From the NCBI GenBank assembly GCA_963706575.1, contig CAVPNL010000006.1, positions 160,001-224,000 on the forward strand: DNA of 64,000 bases, given 5' to 3'. How positions within the stretch are numbered: the stretch's first letter is position 1; every line of letters begins with the position of its first letter. This document shows, in pieces, positions 19,012 through 28,900 of the stretch. Below the pieces are notes generated by a model, which worked only from the letters and a program-made list of their open reading frames with translations, was not told the origin of the DNA and did no database searches. The DNA comes from an uncultured delta proteobacterium. GTDB lineage: Bacteria > Desulfobacterota > Desulfobacteria > Desulfobacterales > JAHEIW01. The position numbers and the translations under genes were made by a program.

Positions 19012-22000
19012 TTAACCCTTACTCGCAATTTTTTCCAACTCACTGACGAGTTTAGAAATTCCCTCAAAGTCAAAGTCCTCCGCCAATTGAATGAATTTAT
19101 CACTGATGGGGGCCAAGGCATCGGATTTGGATTTGAGCGCTTCGGCAATGGATTTTATCTGGGTGACATCTCCCATTTCAGCCGGCTCTTTAATTCTATT
19201 GATGGCTTCCGCGACCATTTCTGGTGGTATGGCGGTCATTGCGTCTGCCGACGGTTGTTCCGTCTTTTGGGCCGGTACCGGACCTAATGTTTGAACTGCT
19301 TCCAGGGCTTGATTGATGGACGTTTCCAGCCTGGCAAATTTTTGATCCAGCTGCTTTTGGGATGCAGACTTCTTTTGATCCCCTTTTACCAGTTTTTCCA
19401 GTTCGACCGCCGCAGCCTGAAGCGCGGTGGCCGCCAGATTGCCGGCCAGCCCTTTAAGGTTGTGAATCAGGCTATGCGCCTGTTCGAAATCACCGTTATC
19501 CAGCGTCTTGCGAATTTCAGCGGCGACCTCAGTGTATTTGGCGCCGAAATCAAGCAGCAGCTTGCGGTATAGTTTTTGATTGCCCTGCAGCCGGCCGAGC
19601 CCTTCTGCCAGATTAAATCCCGGCAGAGAGTCCGGTAATCCTGGCTCATCCCGCACCTCTACCGGTGCCCGGGTTACGGTCTCTTTTGCAGCAGAAACGT
19701 CATCTTTGCGGCTCGGGATTCGCTTATCTGTCGGCTGGATCCATTTCTGCAAAGTGGAAAACAACTGATCCGGGTCAATGGGCTTGGTGACGTGGCCGTT
19801 CATGCCGGCCTGCAGGCTTTTGTCTTCATCACCGGCCATGGCGTGCGCCGTCATGGCGATGATCGGGATATTGCGGATTTCTGATTTCAGATTTCGGATT
19901 TCCCGGGTGGCGGTGTATCCGTCCATTACCGGCATCTGGATATCCATGAGCACAGCGTCATATTGGTTTTCTTTCACCAGATCGACAGCCTGCCGGCCGT
20001 TGTCGGCCAGACTGACGATCAGGTCGGCACCTTCGAGAATTTCTTTGGCGACCTGCTGGTTAATTTCATTGTCTTCCACCAGCAGGATTTTGGCTCCCTT
20101 GATAAGCGCCAGCGCTTCAGCTTCTTCCCGGCCTTGAGCAATCGGCGACGTATCAGGCAGTTCTTCACCATGCGCCTGAATGATGGTATCGAATAGCACC
20201 GAAGGGCTGACCGGCTTGAGCAGAAAACCATCCAGGCCGACCTTTTCGGCTTTTCGCATGACCTCTTCGCGTCCGTAGGCGGTCACCATGACCACGCGGG
20301 GGATATGGTTGATTTTAGGATTCTTCTTGATGCGTTTGGATGCCTCAATACCGTCCATGCCCGGCATTTTCCAGTCCATGATCACCATCTCAAAGGGTTT
20401 TTCTTTATCTGCCTTTTCAACTTCGGCGATACCTTCCTGGCCGGTTGCCGCCAGGGTGACCTCAAAGGAAAATGACTCCATCATGTCGCGTAAAATTTCT
20501 CTGGAGGTGTGATTGTCATCCACCACCAGAACTTTCATGCCGCGCAGATCACGTGAGGGGGCAAAGCGTTTTTTGACTTCTTCGCTCCCCAGGCCAAAGG
20601 AGGCCGTGAAGCTGAAGGTACTGCCCTGTCCGGGCTCGCTCTCCACCCAGATTTCCCCGTCCATCATCTCCACCAGCCGTTTGCTGATCGTCAGTCCCAG
20701 CCCGGTGCCGCCGTATTTGCGAGTGGTGGAGGTGTCGGCCTGGGTGAAAGACTGAAACAGTTTGCCGGCCTGCTCCTTTGTTAGTCCAATGCCGGTGTCA
20801 CTGACCGAAAATTTTAAAGTGATGTGGTCTTTGTTTTTCTTGACCCGTTCAGTGGAAACCACAATCTCTCCGGTATCGGTAAATTTGACGGCATTATTGG
20901 CCAAATTGATCAGAATCTGTCCCAGGCGCAAAGGATCGCCGACCAGAAAGCGCGGCACGTTCTGATCCGTGGCGAAAAGAACTTCCAGGCCTTCTTTTTC
21001 CTGCGCTTTTACACTGATTAAGTTGCCCAGATTATCCAGCACATCGTCCAGATTAAAATCGACGGACTCCATATCCAGTTTGCCGGCTTCGATTTTGGAG
21101 AAGTCTAAAATGTCGTTGATAATGCCCAGCAGGGAATTGGCGGATGACTGGATCTTGTTCAGATAATCCTTCTGTTTAGGGGTTAGTTCGGTTTTCAGCG
21201 CCAGGTGGGTCATGCCGATGACCGCATTCATGGGGGTGCGGATCTCATGACTCATGTTGGCCAAAAAATCGCTTTTGGCCTTGTTGGCCTCGTCAGCGAT
21301 GTGTTTGGCGTCGACGAGTTCATCTTCCATGTGTTTGCGTTCGGTAATGTCGGTAAACATGCCGAAGGATCCGAGTTTATTCCCTTCAGCATCTAAAAGG
21401 GGCGCAGCATTGACCAGGCAGGGCACGATGGTTCCATCTGCACGGGATAGCGAAACCTCATATAAGCCCTTTTCGCCTTCCCCGCGAATCTTTTCCTGCT
21501 CACGTACGATCTTAATGTTTTTATCATCCAGAAAATCGTTAATACTCTTGCCGACAACCTCTTCGCGCGAACGCTGCAGGATTTCACACATGGCATCGTT
21601 TATGTCCAGTGTGATGTCTTCGGGATCAATGAGCCAGAATCCTTCGTTTGTGGTCTTTAAGATGTTGCTCAGCCGCTCCTCACTTTCGCGGATGATGTCG
21701 TCGGCCTTCTTTTTTTCGGTGACATCACGCAGGGACTCGATGGCACCGGCCACTTCACCGGCAGCGTCGTAAATCATTCCTGCCGTTCCGTGCAGGTATA
21801 TCTCTTTTCCTCCCAGACTGGGGTGGTAGGATTCAGAAATGAGGTTCTCGCCTTCTTTTTTAACAGAGAGATATTTTTTTTCATATCCCGTATCCCAGTT
21901 TTTAACCAGATCGATCAGAATCGGTCGTCTTTCGCCGTAAAAGGGCAGGGCATATTCAAAATTGCTTTTACCCACCATATCATCGGCTTTTACACCGGTG

Positions 22001-23727
22001 AGTTCTTCCATGGACTGGTTCCAGATGCGCACCGTACCTTCATTGTCGACGACCATGGTGGGGTCCGGCAGAAAGTTGATGATCTGGGATAGACGCTGTT
22101 CCGAATTTTTGATCACCTCTTCGGCCTGTTTGCGCTCGGTGATGTCGTGGGCCACGTGAACCACCTGGCTGAAGGCGCCGTCTTCGTCCTTAATTGGAAA
22201 GGTCGATACTTCCACAATGACTTCATGACCATCCGCACCTTTGTGGATGTGTTCAACGGTGCATTTTTGACCGGCTTCTTTGGTTTTGAGCATGGGGCAT
22301 TCGTGGTGGGGCGGCGCACACAATTCTGAAAGGCTGTGGGTCAGTTCATGGCACAACTGGCCGACAACCTGGTCGCGGGGCAATTCAACATCAGTCAGAA
22401 AGGCTTCGTTAGCATCGACAATCCGGCCGCTGTCGATTTCGATGATCGAAATGGCGTCCGGTATGCTGTTGATGACGGTCTCGATGAAATCCCTTTGCTT
22501 GCGAATGGCTGTCTGCTTTTCCTTTAATTCGGCCGTGCGCTCTGCGACCAGGTCCTCGAGGTTGTCACGATGCTTCTTGAGTTCGGCTTCCGATGCTTTC
22601 AGCGCGGATTCCGCCTGGTCGATCGACGCCAACATCTCATTGAAAGACTGACCCAGGCTGCCGATTTCATCCGTTGATTTGATCTCAATTTTATAGTTAA
22701 GATCACCGGTTTGGGCGATGCGCCGGGTTCCGTCATTGAGTTTTTTGATGGGCTTGATGACAAACTTTTGCAGGCCGGTGACGGTTAAAAAACTCAGCAG
22801 CGCAAGCGAAACGACAAGGGCCAAAATAATCTTGTTCACAAAACTGTTAACCTCACCCTCTATTTGCTCGACCGGAATGACCATCCCGAGCTTCCAGCCC
22901 AGCTCGGGAGAGGTATAAAAGAAGAGATAGTGTTTTTCCGAATTCCGGGTGACGGTTATAAAGCCCCGGGCTTTTGTGAAAAGCTCCTGCAAATCATCTT
23001 TGTATAACGCCTCAATTGTCATGGCGCGTGCGGCTTGATCCTGGCTTGCTAAAAAAGTTCCCTCTTTATCCAGCAAAACCATATGCCCCTTATGGCCCAC
23101 TTTGACGTTTTCAATGTATTCGGTCAGGCCGGCAAGGGTGATATCAATGCCTACCACCCCGTAAATGCTACCTTTTTCATCCAAAAGCGCTTTGACGGTT
23201 CCGATATTAACATCCGTGGAGGTTACCGAAGCATATGGAGGGGTTCGCATGACCTGTCCCGGATTTTTGGCGGCCAGTATGTACCAGGGCCGTGTTCGCG
23301 GGTCATATTTCGTGGAGCGGGTCCTTTTATGAGATCGGACAAAACCACCGTTCTCCCGGCCCATATAAACCGAGTTCACATATTTATGGGTTTTTCGATA
23401 GCGGTTGAAGATGTTGATGATCCGCTGTTCCTGTGGACCAATGGCATATTGGAAGGTATCGGGGTCTGCTTCCGTAAAATTGGTAAAATCCGAGTCGTTT
23501 CTTGACCGAACCGTTTCATCGGAAACCAGGCCGTTCAGATCTTCTTCGACCTGGTAAAAGGTATTCTTCAAGGCAAAATCAATGTGGGTCAGCTCGTTCC
23601 GCAAACCGTTGGAGATTGTCGAAAACCGCTCTTTTTTCAGCCTTGATGAAACAAAGCTGCCAACTAGCAGCAAGATCAAAAAACCAACAGCCGCATAAAG
23701 CAGCAATATTTTATATCTAAGCTTCAT
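19012..23727 (-). CDS. Hybrid sensor histidine kinase: TM-dCache-TM-HAMP-PAS x3-HisKA-HATPase-REC-REC-Hpt
   Basis: YDPRTRPWY dCache, [45 protein letters not shown], two receivers, [11 protein letters not shown]pt. Confidence 0.95.
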   Translation of the reverse strand: MKLRYKILLLYAAVGFLILLLVGSFVSSRLKKERFSTISNGLRNELTHIDFALKNTFYQVEEDLNGLVSDETVRSRNDSDFTNFTEADPDTFQYAIGPQEQRIINIFNRYRKTHKYVNSVYMGRENGGFVRSHKRTRSTKYDPRTRPWYILAAKNPGQVMRTPPYASVTSTDVNIGTVKALLDEKGSIYGVVGIDITLAGLTEYIENVKVGHKGHMVLLDKEGTFLASQDQAARAMTIEALYKDDLQELFTKARGFITVTRNSEKHYLFFYTSPELGWKLGMVIPVEQIEGEVNSFVNKIILALVVSLALLSFLTVTGLQKFVIKPIKKLNDGTRRIAQTGDLNYKIEIKSTDEIGSLGQSFNEMLASIDQAESALKASEAELKKHRDNLEDLVAERTAELKEKQTAIRKQRDFIETVINSIPDAISIIEIDSGRIVDANEAFLTDVELPRDQVVGQLCHELTHSLSELCAPPHHECPMLKTKEAGQKCTVEHIHKGADGHEVIVEVSTFPIKDEDGAFSQVVHVAHDITERKQAEEVIKNSEQRLSQIINFLPDPTMVVDNEGTVRIWNQSMEELTGVKADDMVGKSNFEYALPFYGERRPILIDLVKNWDTGYEKKYLSVKKEGENLISESYHPSLGGKEIYLHGTAGMIYDAAGEVAGAIESLRDVTEKKKADDIIRESEERLSNILKTTNEGFWLIDPEDITLDINDAMCEILQRSREEVVGKSINDFLDDKNIKIVREQEKIRGEGEKGLYEVSLSRADGTIVPCLVNAAPLLDAEGNKLGSFGMFTDITERKHMEDELVDAKHIADEANKAKSDFLANMSHEIRTPMNAVIGMTHLALKTELTPKQKDYLNKIQSSANSLLGIINDILDFSKIEAGKLDMESVDFNLDDVLDNLGNLISVKAQEKEGLEVLFATDQNVPRFLVGDPLRLGQILINLANNAVKFTDTGEIVVSTERVKKNKDHITLKFSVSDTGIGLTKEQAGKLFQSFTQADTSTTRKYGGTGLGLTISKRLVEMMDGEIWVESEPGQGSTFSFTASFGLGSEEVKKRFAPSRDLRGMKVLVVDDNHTSREILRDMMESFSFEVTLAATGQEGIAEVEKADKEKPFEMVIMDWKMPGMDGIEASKRIKKNPKINHIPRVVMVTAYGREEVMRKAEKVGLDGFLLKPVSPSVLFDTIIQAHGEELPDTSPIAQGREEAEALALIKGAKILLVEDNEINQQVAKEILEGADLIVSLADNGRQAVDLVKENQYDAVLMDIQMPVMDGYTATREIRNLKSEIRNIPIIAMTAHAMAGDEDKSLQAGMNGHVTKPIDPDQLFSTLQKWIQPTDKRIPSRKDDVSAAKETVTRAPVEVRDEPGLPDSLPGFNLAEGLGRLQGNQKLYRKLLLDFGAKYTEVAAEIRKTLDNGDFEQAHSLIHNLKGLAGNLAATALQAAAVELEKLVKGDQKKSASQKQLDQKFARLETSINQALEAVQTLGPVPAQKTEQPSADAMTAIPPEMVAEAINRIKEPAEMGDVTQIKSIAEALKSKSDALAPISDKFIQLAEDFDFEGISKLVSELEKIASKG

Positions 23728-23803
23728 TGCGTTTTCCCCTTAGCGGGTTTTATTTATTCTGCAGTTGTGGTGTTTACTGGCTACATTACGTAATTCCTGC
23801 TAA

Positions 23804-23988
23804 GCAGACTGTGTCGTAATTCAAAAAAGCGCTTAAATTCTGCCTGTCATGCCGGTCCCGGATCAGGCCCGGGATGACCGATCCGCCATCCAGCACTGTA
23901 ACGCTTTGAAAAAACACTGGATTTCGGGTCAAGCCCGGAATGACAAAAGGGCTCATTTTCCTCGCTTGAAGATTACGACACAGTCTGC
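23804..23988. mobile_element. 185-bp MITE-like element with perfect 17-bp TIRs containing RPE/REP-type hairpins
   Basis: GCAGACTGTGTCGTAAT / ATTACGACACAGTCTGC; internal gtcatgccgg...ccagc...ctggatttcgggtcaagcccggaatgac. Confidence 0.75.
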
Positions 23989-24024
23989 GACGCGGGCATG
24001 ACGGGAAAAACACCCCGCCTTCAT

Positions 24025-25398
24025 TTATTTTTGGGTCAGTATCTCAACACCGGTCCAGTCGTCCGGGACCCCGTTGACCATGTAGTTGGCGGAGCGTTTG
24101 AGATAGATGCGGGCGGCGCGATCCTCGGCGTGTTTTTCCAGCACCCGGTTAAACTTGACGCTGGCTTCTGAGAATTTGCGGTCATAATAAAGGCAGAGAC
24201 CCTGTTCAAATTCATCCTTGGTCTGTTCTTTCAATTCAATCACTTCCGGCGGATCGCCGTCGAAGACCTCATGCACCGAGACCGGATCTTTTTTCCCCTT
24301 GACCTGCACCTTATCGACGAACCGGTGTTTGTATCGGTCGGGATCTTTCAGTTGAGCCAGAGTGAGTTCGCTGATGCTGATCGAGGATCCATATACGCGT
24401 GTTAACCCTTCCAGGCGCGATGCCAGATTAACGGCATCGGCTACCACTGTGCCTTGCATGCGCTCTTCGTGGCCGATGATACCGAGCATCAGGTCACCAA
24501 TGTGCAGGCCCACGCCGATGCCGATGGGTTGATAACCTTTTTTCTTGCGCGCTTCATTATATTCGGAAACGGCCGCATGCATGGCAATCGCCGCTTGAAC
24601 GCCATTATCGGCTGATTCCGGGAATAGCGCCATCATTCCATCCCCTTGGAAATTGTCGATAAACCCGCGGTGGGCGTTGATCACCGGGCTGACCCGATTT
24701 AAAAAGGCATTGATAAAATTAAAACTTTCCTGGGCCGTCATCTCTTCCGAGAGGGTGGTCCAGCCGCGAATGTCGGAGAACAAAACGGTCATCTGCTGGG
24801 CGGTTTGATCCCCCAGTTTAACCTCTAGGATGCTCTCTTTTTTGAGCAAACTTAAAAATTCCCGGGGGACAAAGCGCTCGTAAGCGGTATTTAGTTCCAC
24901 CAGTTCTGCCGTGCGTTCTTTTACGCGCTCTTCCAGGAATTCATTGGCTTCCTGCAATTCATTATTTTTTTCATCCAGCGCTTTTTTTAGTCGATAAACG
25001 GTCAGATGGGTATTGACTCTGGCGATGACTTCATCGGGTTGAAACGGCTTGGTGACGTAATCCACAGCCCCCAGGTCCAATCCCTGCACCTTGTCTTTGG
25101 TGTCGGTCAGCGCCGACAGGAAAATAACCGGAATTTCAGTGGTAGCCGGATCGGCTTTTAATTGACGGCAGACTTCATAGCCATCGATTTCCGGCATCAT
25201 GATGTCCAGCAAAATTAAATTCGGTCGCGCTTTGCGGGCAATCGAAAGGGCGGCGTTACCGTCTTTGGCGATCAGCAGCTTAAAGCCCCTGCCGTCCAGG
25301 GTCTCAAACAACAGTTGCAGGTTGGTGGGATTGTCATCCACCAGCAAAATGGCTTCTGTTGCGTCATTGCTTTCAGTCATTGGAGGTACTCCCCTCAT
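24025..25398 (-). CDS. Response regulator with class III nucleotide cyclase output
   Basis: REC + YERFVP, FSDIRGWT, FQGDG, GVGLHIG, DAVNLASRLEGL, VKGK; true start may be MTES at 25380. Confidence 0.93.
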   Translation of the reverse strand: MRGVPPMTESNDATEAILLVDDNPTNLQLLFETLDGRGFKLLIAKDGNAALSIARKARPNLILLDIMMPEIDGYEVCRQLKADPATTEIPVIFLSALTDTKDKVQGLDLGAVDYVTKPFQPDEVIARVNTHLTVYRLKKALDEKNNELQEANEFLEERVKERTAELVELNTAYERFVPREFLSLLKKESILEVKLGDQTAQQMTVLFSDIRGWTTLSEEMTAQESFNFINAFLNRVSPVINAHRGFIDNFQGDGMMALFPESADNGVQAAIAMHAAVSEYNEARKKKGYQPIGIGVGLHIGDLMLGIIGHEERMQGTVVADAVNLASRLEGLTRVYGSSISISELTLAQLKDPDRYKHRFVDKVQVKGKKDPVSVHEVFDGDPPEVIELKEQTKDEFEQGLCLYYDRKFSEASVKFNRVLEKHAEDRAARIYLKRSANYMVNGVPDDWTGVEILTQK

Positions 25399-25455
25399 TC
25401 AGGGAAAACTGCAGCCGGATAGAGAATAGGTGGTAATATTTATCCGGCCTTCTTT

Positions 25456-25791
25456 CTAAGCAAGTTCTTTAAGGCCTTCTTCAACGGTATCCTTGATGGG
25501 AAGCATCGATGTGAAACCGCTGACCTCAAAAATCTCGTATACGTATTGCGTTAAGGCGGCCAGAGCCACTTTACCGTCTCTGCGCCGGATCTCTTTAGCG
25601 GCGCTTAAAATGACCCGCAACCCGCCACTGCTGAGGTATTCCAGATCACTTAAATCGAAAAGCAACCGGTTTTCTTCTCCTTCCAGCATTTTATTAATTT
25701 CCCCTTCGGCAACCGGCGCAGTGGTGGCATCCAAGCGCCCTTTTATGGCAACATTTAAAATTCCGTTCTCCACCGTATGATTAATTTCCAT
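25456..25791 (-). CDS. STAS-domain anti-sigma factor antagonist (paralog of 17282..17617)
   Basis: KGRLD, LLFDLSDLEYLSSGGLRVIL, IFEVSGF. Confidence 0.93.
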   Translation of the reverse strand: MEINHTVENGILNVAIKGRLDATTAPVAEGEINKMLEGEENRLLFDLSDLEYLSSGGLRVILSAAKEIRRRDGKVALAALTQYVYEIFEVSGFTSMLPIKDTVEEGLKELA

Positions 25792-25941
25792 TTTCAGGTC
25801 CTTTCTATTGGGTGCAATTAAAATCTGTCATTATTTAAGGATCTTGTAATTATTCCAGACTGGATTGTCAATAAAGGATTGGGGAAGGCGTTTTGTTTTG
25901 AAAATATTCAGGAGGACGATTTGAACGGATGAAACAAAGCC

Positions 25942-28900
25942 TTACATGATTGCCGATCGAGTTTTCTCCTGTCTTTTGAGCGCAAGCGCCAATAAATTAA
26001 TGAGCACTTTGACGGCAAAGGGTTTTTCAATGAATTCGTTGACCCCTAATCGCAGGGCTTCAGAGAAAATATGATCATCGCGGTAAGCTGTAATCAAAAA
26101 CCGGATGGCCTGGGGCTGGGTGAAGGAAGTAAGTTTAAGAAATTCCAGGCCGTTAATGCCCGGCAGCCGCAAGTCACTGATGATGATGTCAAACTGCTGC
26201 TCCTTGATGGCCTGCAGGCCCTGTTCGGCACTCTCAGCCACCTGTAAACAGCAGCCCTTGGTTTTAAATGCCAGCTTGAGAGAATTTCGAATAAACTCAT
26301 CGTCATCGACGAGCAAGGTTTTAATGTTTTTTAATTCATTGAAAGGGTTCATTTTTTTCTCTGCCGTATTTTTTTTACGCGAAGGATTGAAAATAGACTG
26401 AAGCAACAAGAAAGCCAGTATGATTGAAACGATGGCAATGAGACCGTTAAAGGTGATATTGAATGCAGCCGGCGAGGTGCTGGTGGCGATAAAGCAGCCG
26501 GCAGCGCCGGCCGTTGCTGCTCCAAAACCTGTTGCAAGGGATGGCGGGCTGATCGCCAGGGATTGGGCGCTTTCATCTCCGCTCGAATCAACCGAGGTTA
26601 CCCCGTAGAAATAACTTGCGGCACCGCTGCCGCCTGAATCCTGGGCGCTGATGCTTGCAGGATCCGTATCGAGGTATTGGGTATCCGTGATCAGGATGCC
26701 ATTGATTTTGGTGTAGATACCACCGGCTGACTGGCTGCGGTAGACGTTATAACCGGCCACCGGATTGCCGTCGCAGTCTTCAACCGACTGCCAGCTTATG
26801 ATAATACCTTCTTCAACCTGTTGAACATCAACTTCGGTAGGCTTATACGGAATCGGGACCTGCAGGGTCAGAGCCGGATCACCAAAAAGCAAAAATGTTT
26901 CACTGATCTCTTCAAATGCTGTCCCACCATTGGCCAGCAGGGTTTGTTTGGCATCGACGACGGCCGGACCCAGTTGGCGGATATCCTTGGTGAAGATGGA
27001 TTCAAACAGAGCGGTGTCCAGAATATGCTGGCCGCCGGTAGACGTCATTCCGGTGGGCATCAGCGATGCAACCGCACCTTTGCCATCTGCCCGCAACAGC
27101 GCTTCGGCCAAAGAAGGCTCCGGGCCGTTTTGAGGATCCAGATAGCCGAAATAACCGGTTAAACAGCTCATACTGATAACGAACGGGTATCTGCCGGTAT
27201 TGCTTAAGCCATCTACATCCGAATTCTGGAAGATGCCTTCGCCGGCAAATCTCTGCAGGGAACCGTGACCGCTGTAATTGACGATCAAAGTTCCGTCATC
27301 GATCGCGGCCTTGATATCGTCTCTCAGCGCCGCCGCCGTCAGATAGTCGTTCAGATACCCTTTAAACGGCGCATTCATGGAGGCCGGCAATAGCATGGCC
27401 GCCTCCTCGTTCATGGTCTCAAAGGTGGCCTCGTAGGCTTCGATCTGATTGTCGGCAATCAGCAGCGTGTTTTTTTGCCAGGTTTTATCGTTGGGTGTGG
27501 TTTCATAGGTTAATATTTTATTGACCATGATGTTCGCTTCGGCCGCACTCTGTGCCGGCAGCCGGCCGATATACAGATCCGGCACGGCATCGTCGCCGCT
27601 GATCTTCACAAACCATTCATCGGTTAAGGTTTCTCCCATAAATTGCGTAAAGGTTAAATAGGAAGGCACATGGTTGGTAATGCCCAGCAGCAAGTTGTCC
27701 CTGAAGTCATAGTTGCTGTCGCCGACTAGCAGCACATAGCGGGGGGCCGGCGGTTCCCAGCTGGTGTAGGCATAATCCAGAAAATTGCGAATGGCCTCAG
27801 CGGATGTCAGACCGTAGCTGAACTCATCAAAGATGTCGGCCACATCCACCACCTTGACGCGCAGACCCTGGTCTTCACGCAAGGCCACCAGGTCATCGAG
27901 CCACCCATAGGCATCGCCGTTGGCATCCCAGCCCAGATCCCGGTGGGTGATGAGAATATAGTCTGCTCCGTTGGCGTTATCGGCCAGGTCTGCAGCTGTA
28001 TCCTCGATCAGCCCCACCGGAATCATGCTGGCATCCGACTCGAGCACGAGGTAGGTCGCGGTTGCTCCCGGGTTGACCGGCGGCTCAAATTCCAATGTAT
28101 ATGGATTGCTGCCGCTGATCGCAACGTTGGCCACTCGGCCGACATCGGTTGCTTGGGTAATATCAAAAACCATCAGGGCGTCGCTGCCAAAACCGTCAAT
28201 CTGATAGCGGAAGCCGCTGTCATGGGAAAATTTTAAGGTATTGTTAGCGGCCTCAAAGGTGCGCGGATAGGTGATCTCTACCCAATCGACGATGATACCG
28301 TCCAGATCCCGGTTGCATGCCAGGCTGATGGTATTATCGCCCTCTAAAAGATCGATTTCGTCGATCGTCGCCTCGTAAAAGGCGATCCCCGTCCAGTTAA
28401 ATATACCCGCCGGGTTGCCGTTTACCCAGACTTCGATCTCATGGTAGGTATCATAATATCCCCACATGGAAATCTTTATGCTGCCGTGGCCGGCGATTCC
28501 CGGCAGGTTGACGGTAAAGTCTGCCGGCACGGGATCCGGGGTGCCACTAAAACTGGTGCCCAGCACAAAGTCATCAAAGAACCAGCGATCCAGGGAATCA
28601 TCTCCCGGGGCCAGCCCTACATAGTATTCATCTTCCTCATGATGGACGGTGAAGCTATGGGTGGCGGCCAGCGGCCCGGCTGCCGGGATGCCGTCAACAT
28701 CGGCCATGCGCTTGGGGCTGCCCATGCCGCCGGCAGTCACCAGCCAGTAGACGTTGTCTCTGGCATATTTGGCGTAAAGGGCTGTGACCGGTCGGCCGTA
28801 AAACTCGATATAGTCGCTGGCATCCAGGATGTCATCCGTGTTTTGATCATACACGGAGAGGGCCACTTCCTCACCCAGGTTGTAGATGCGGATCTGACTT

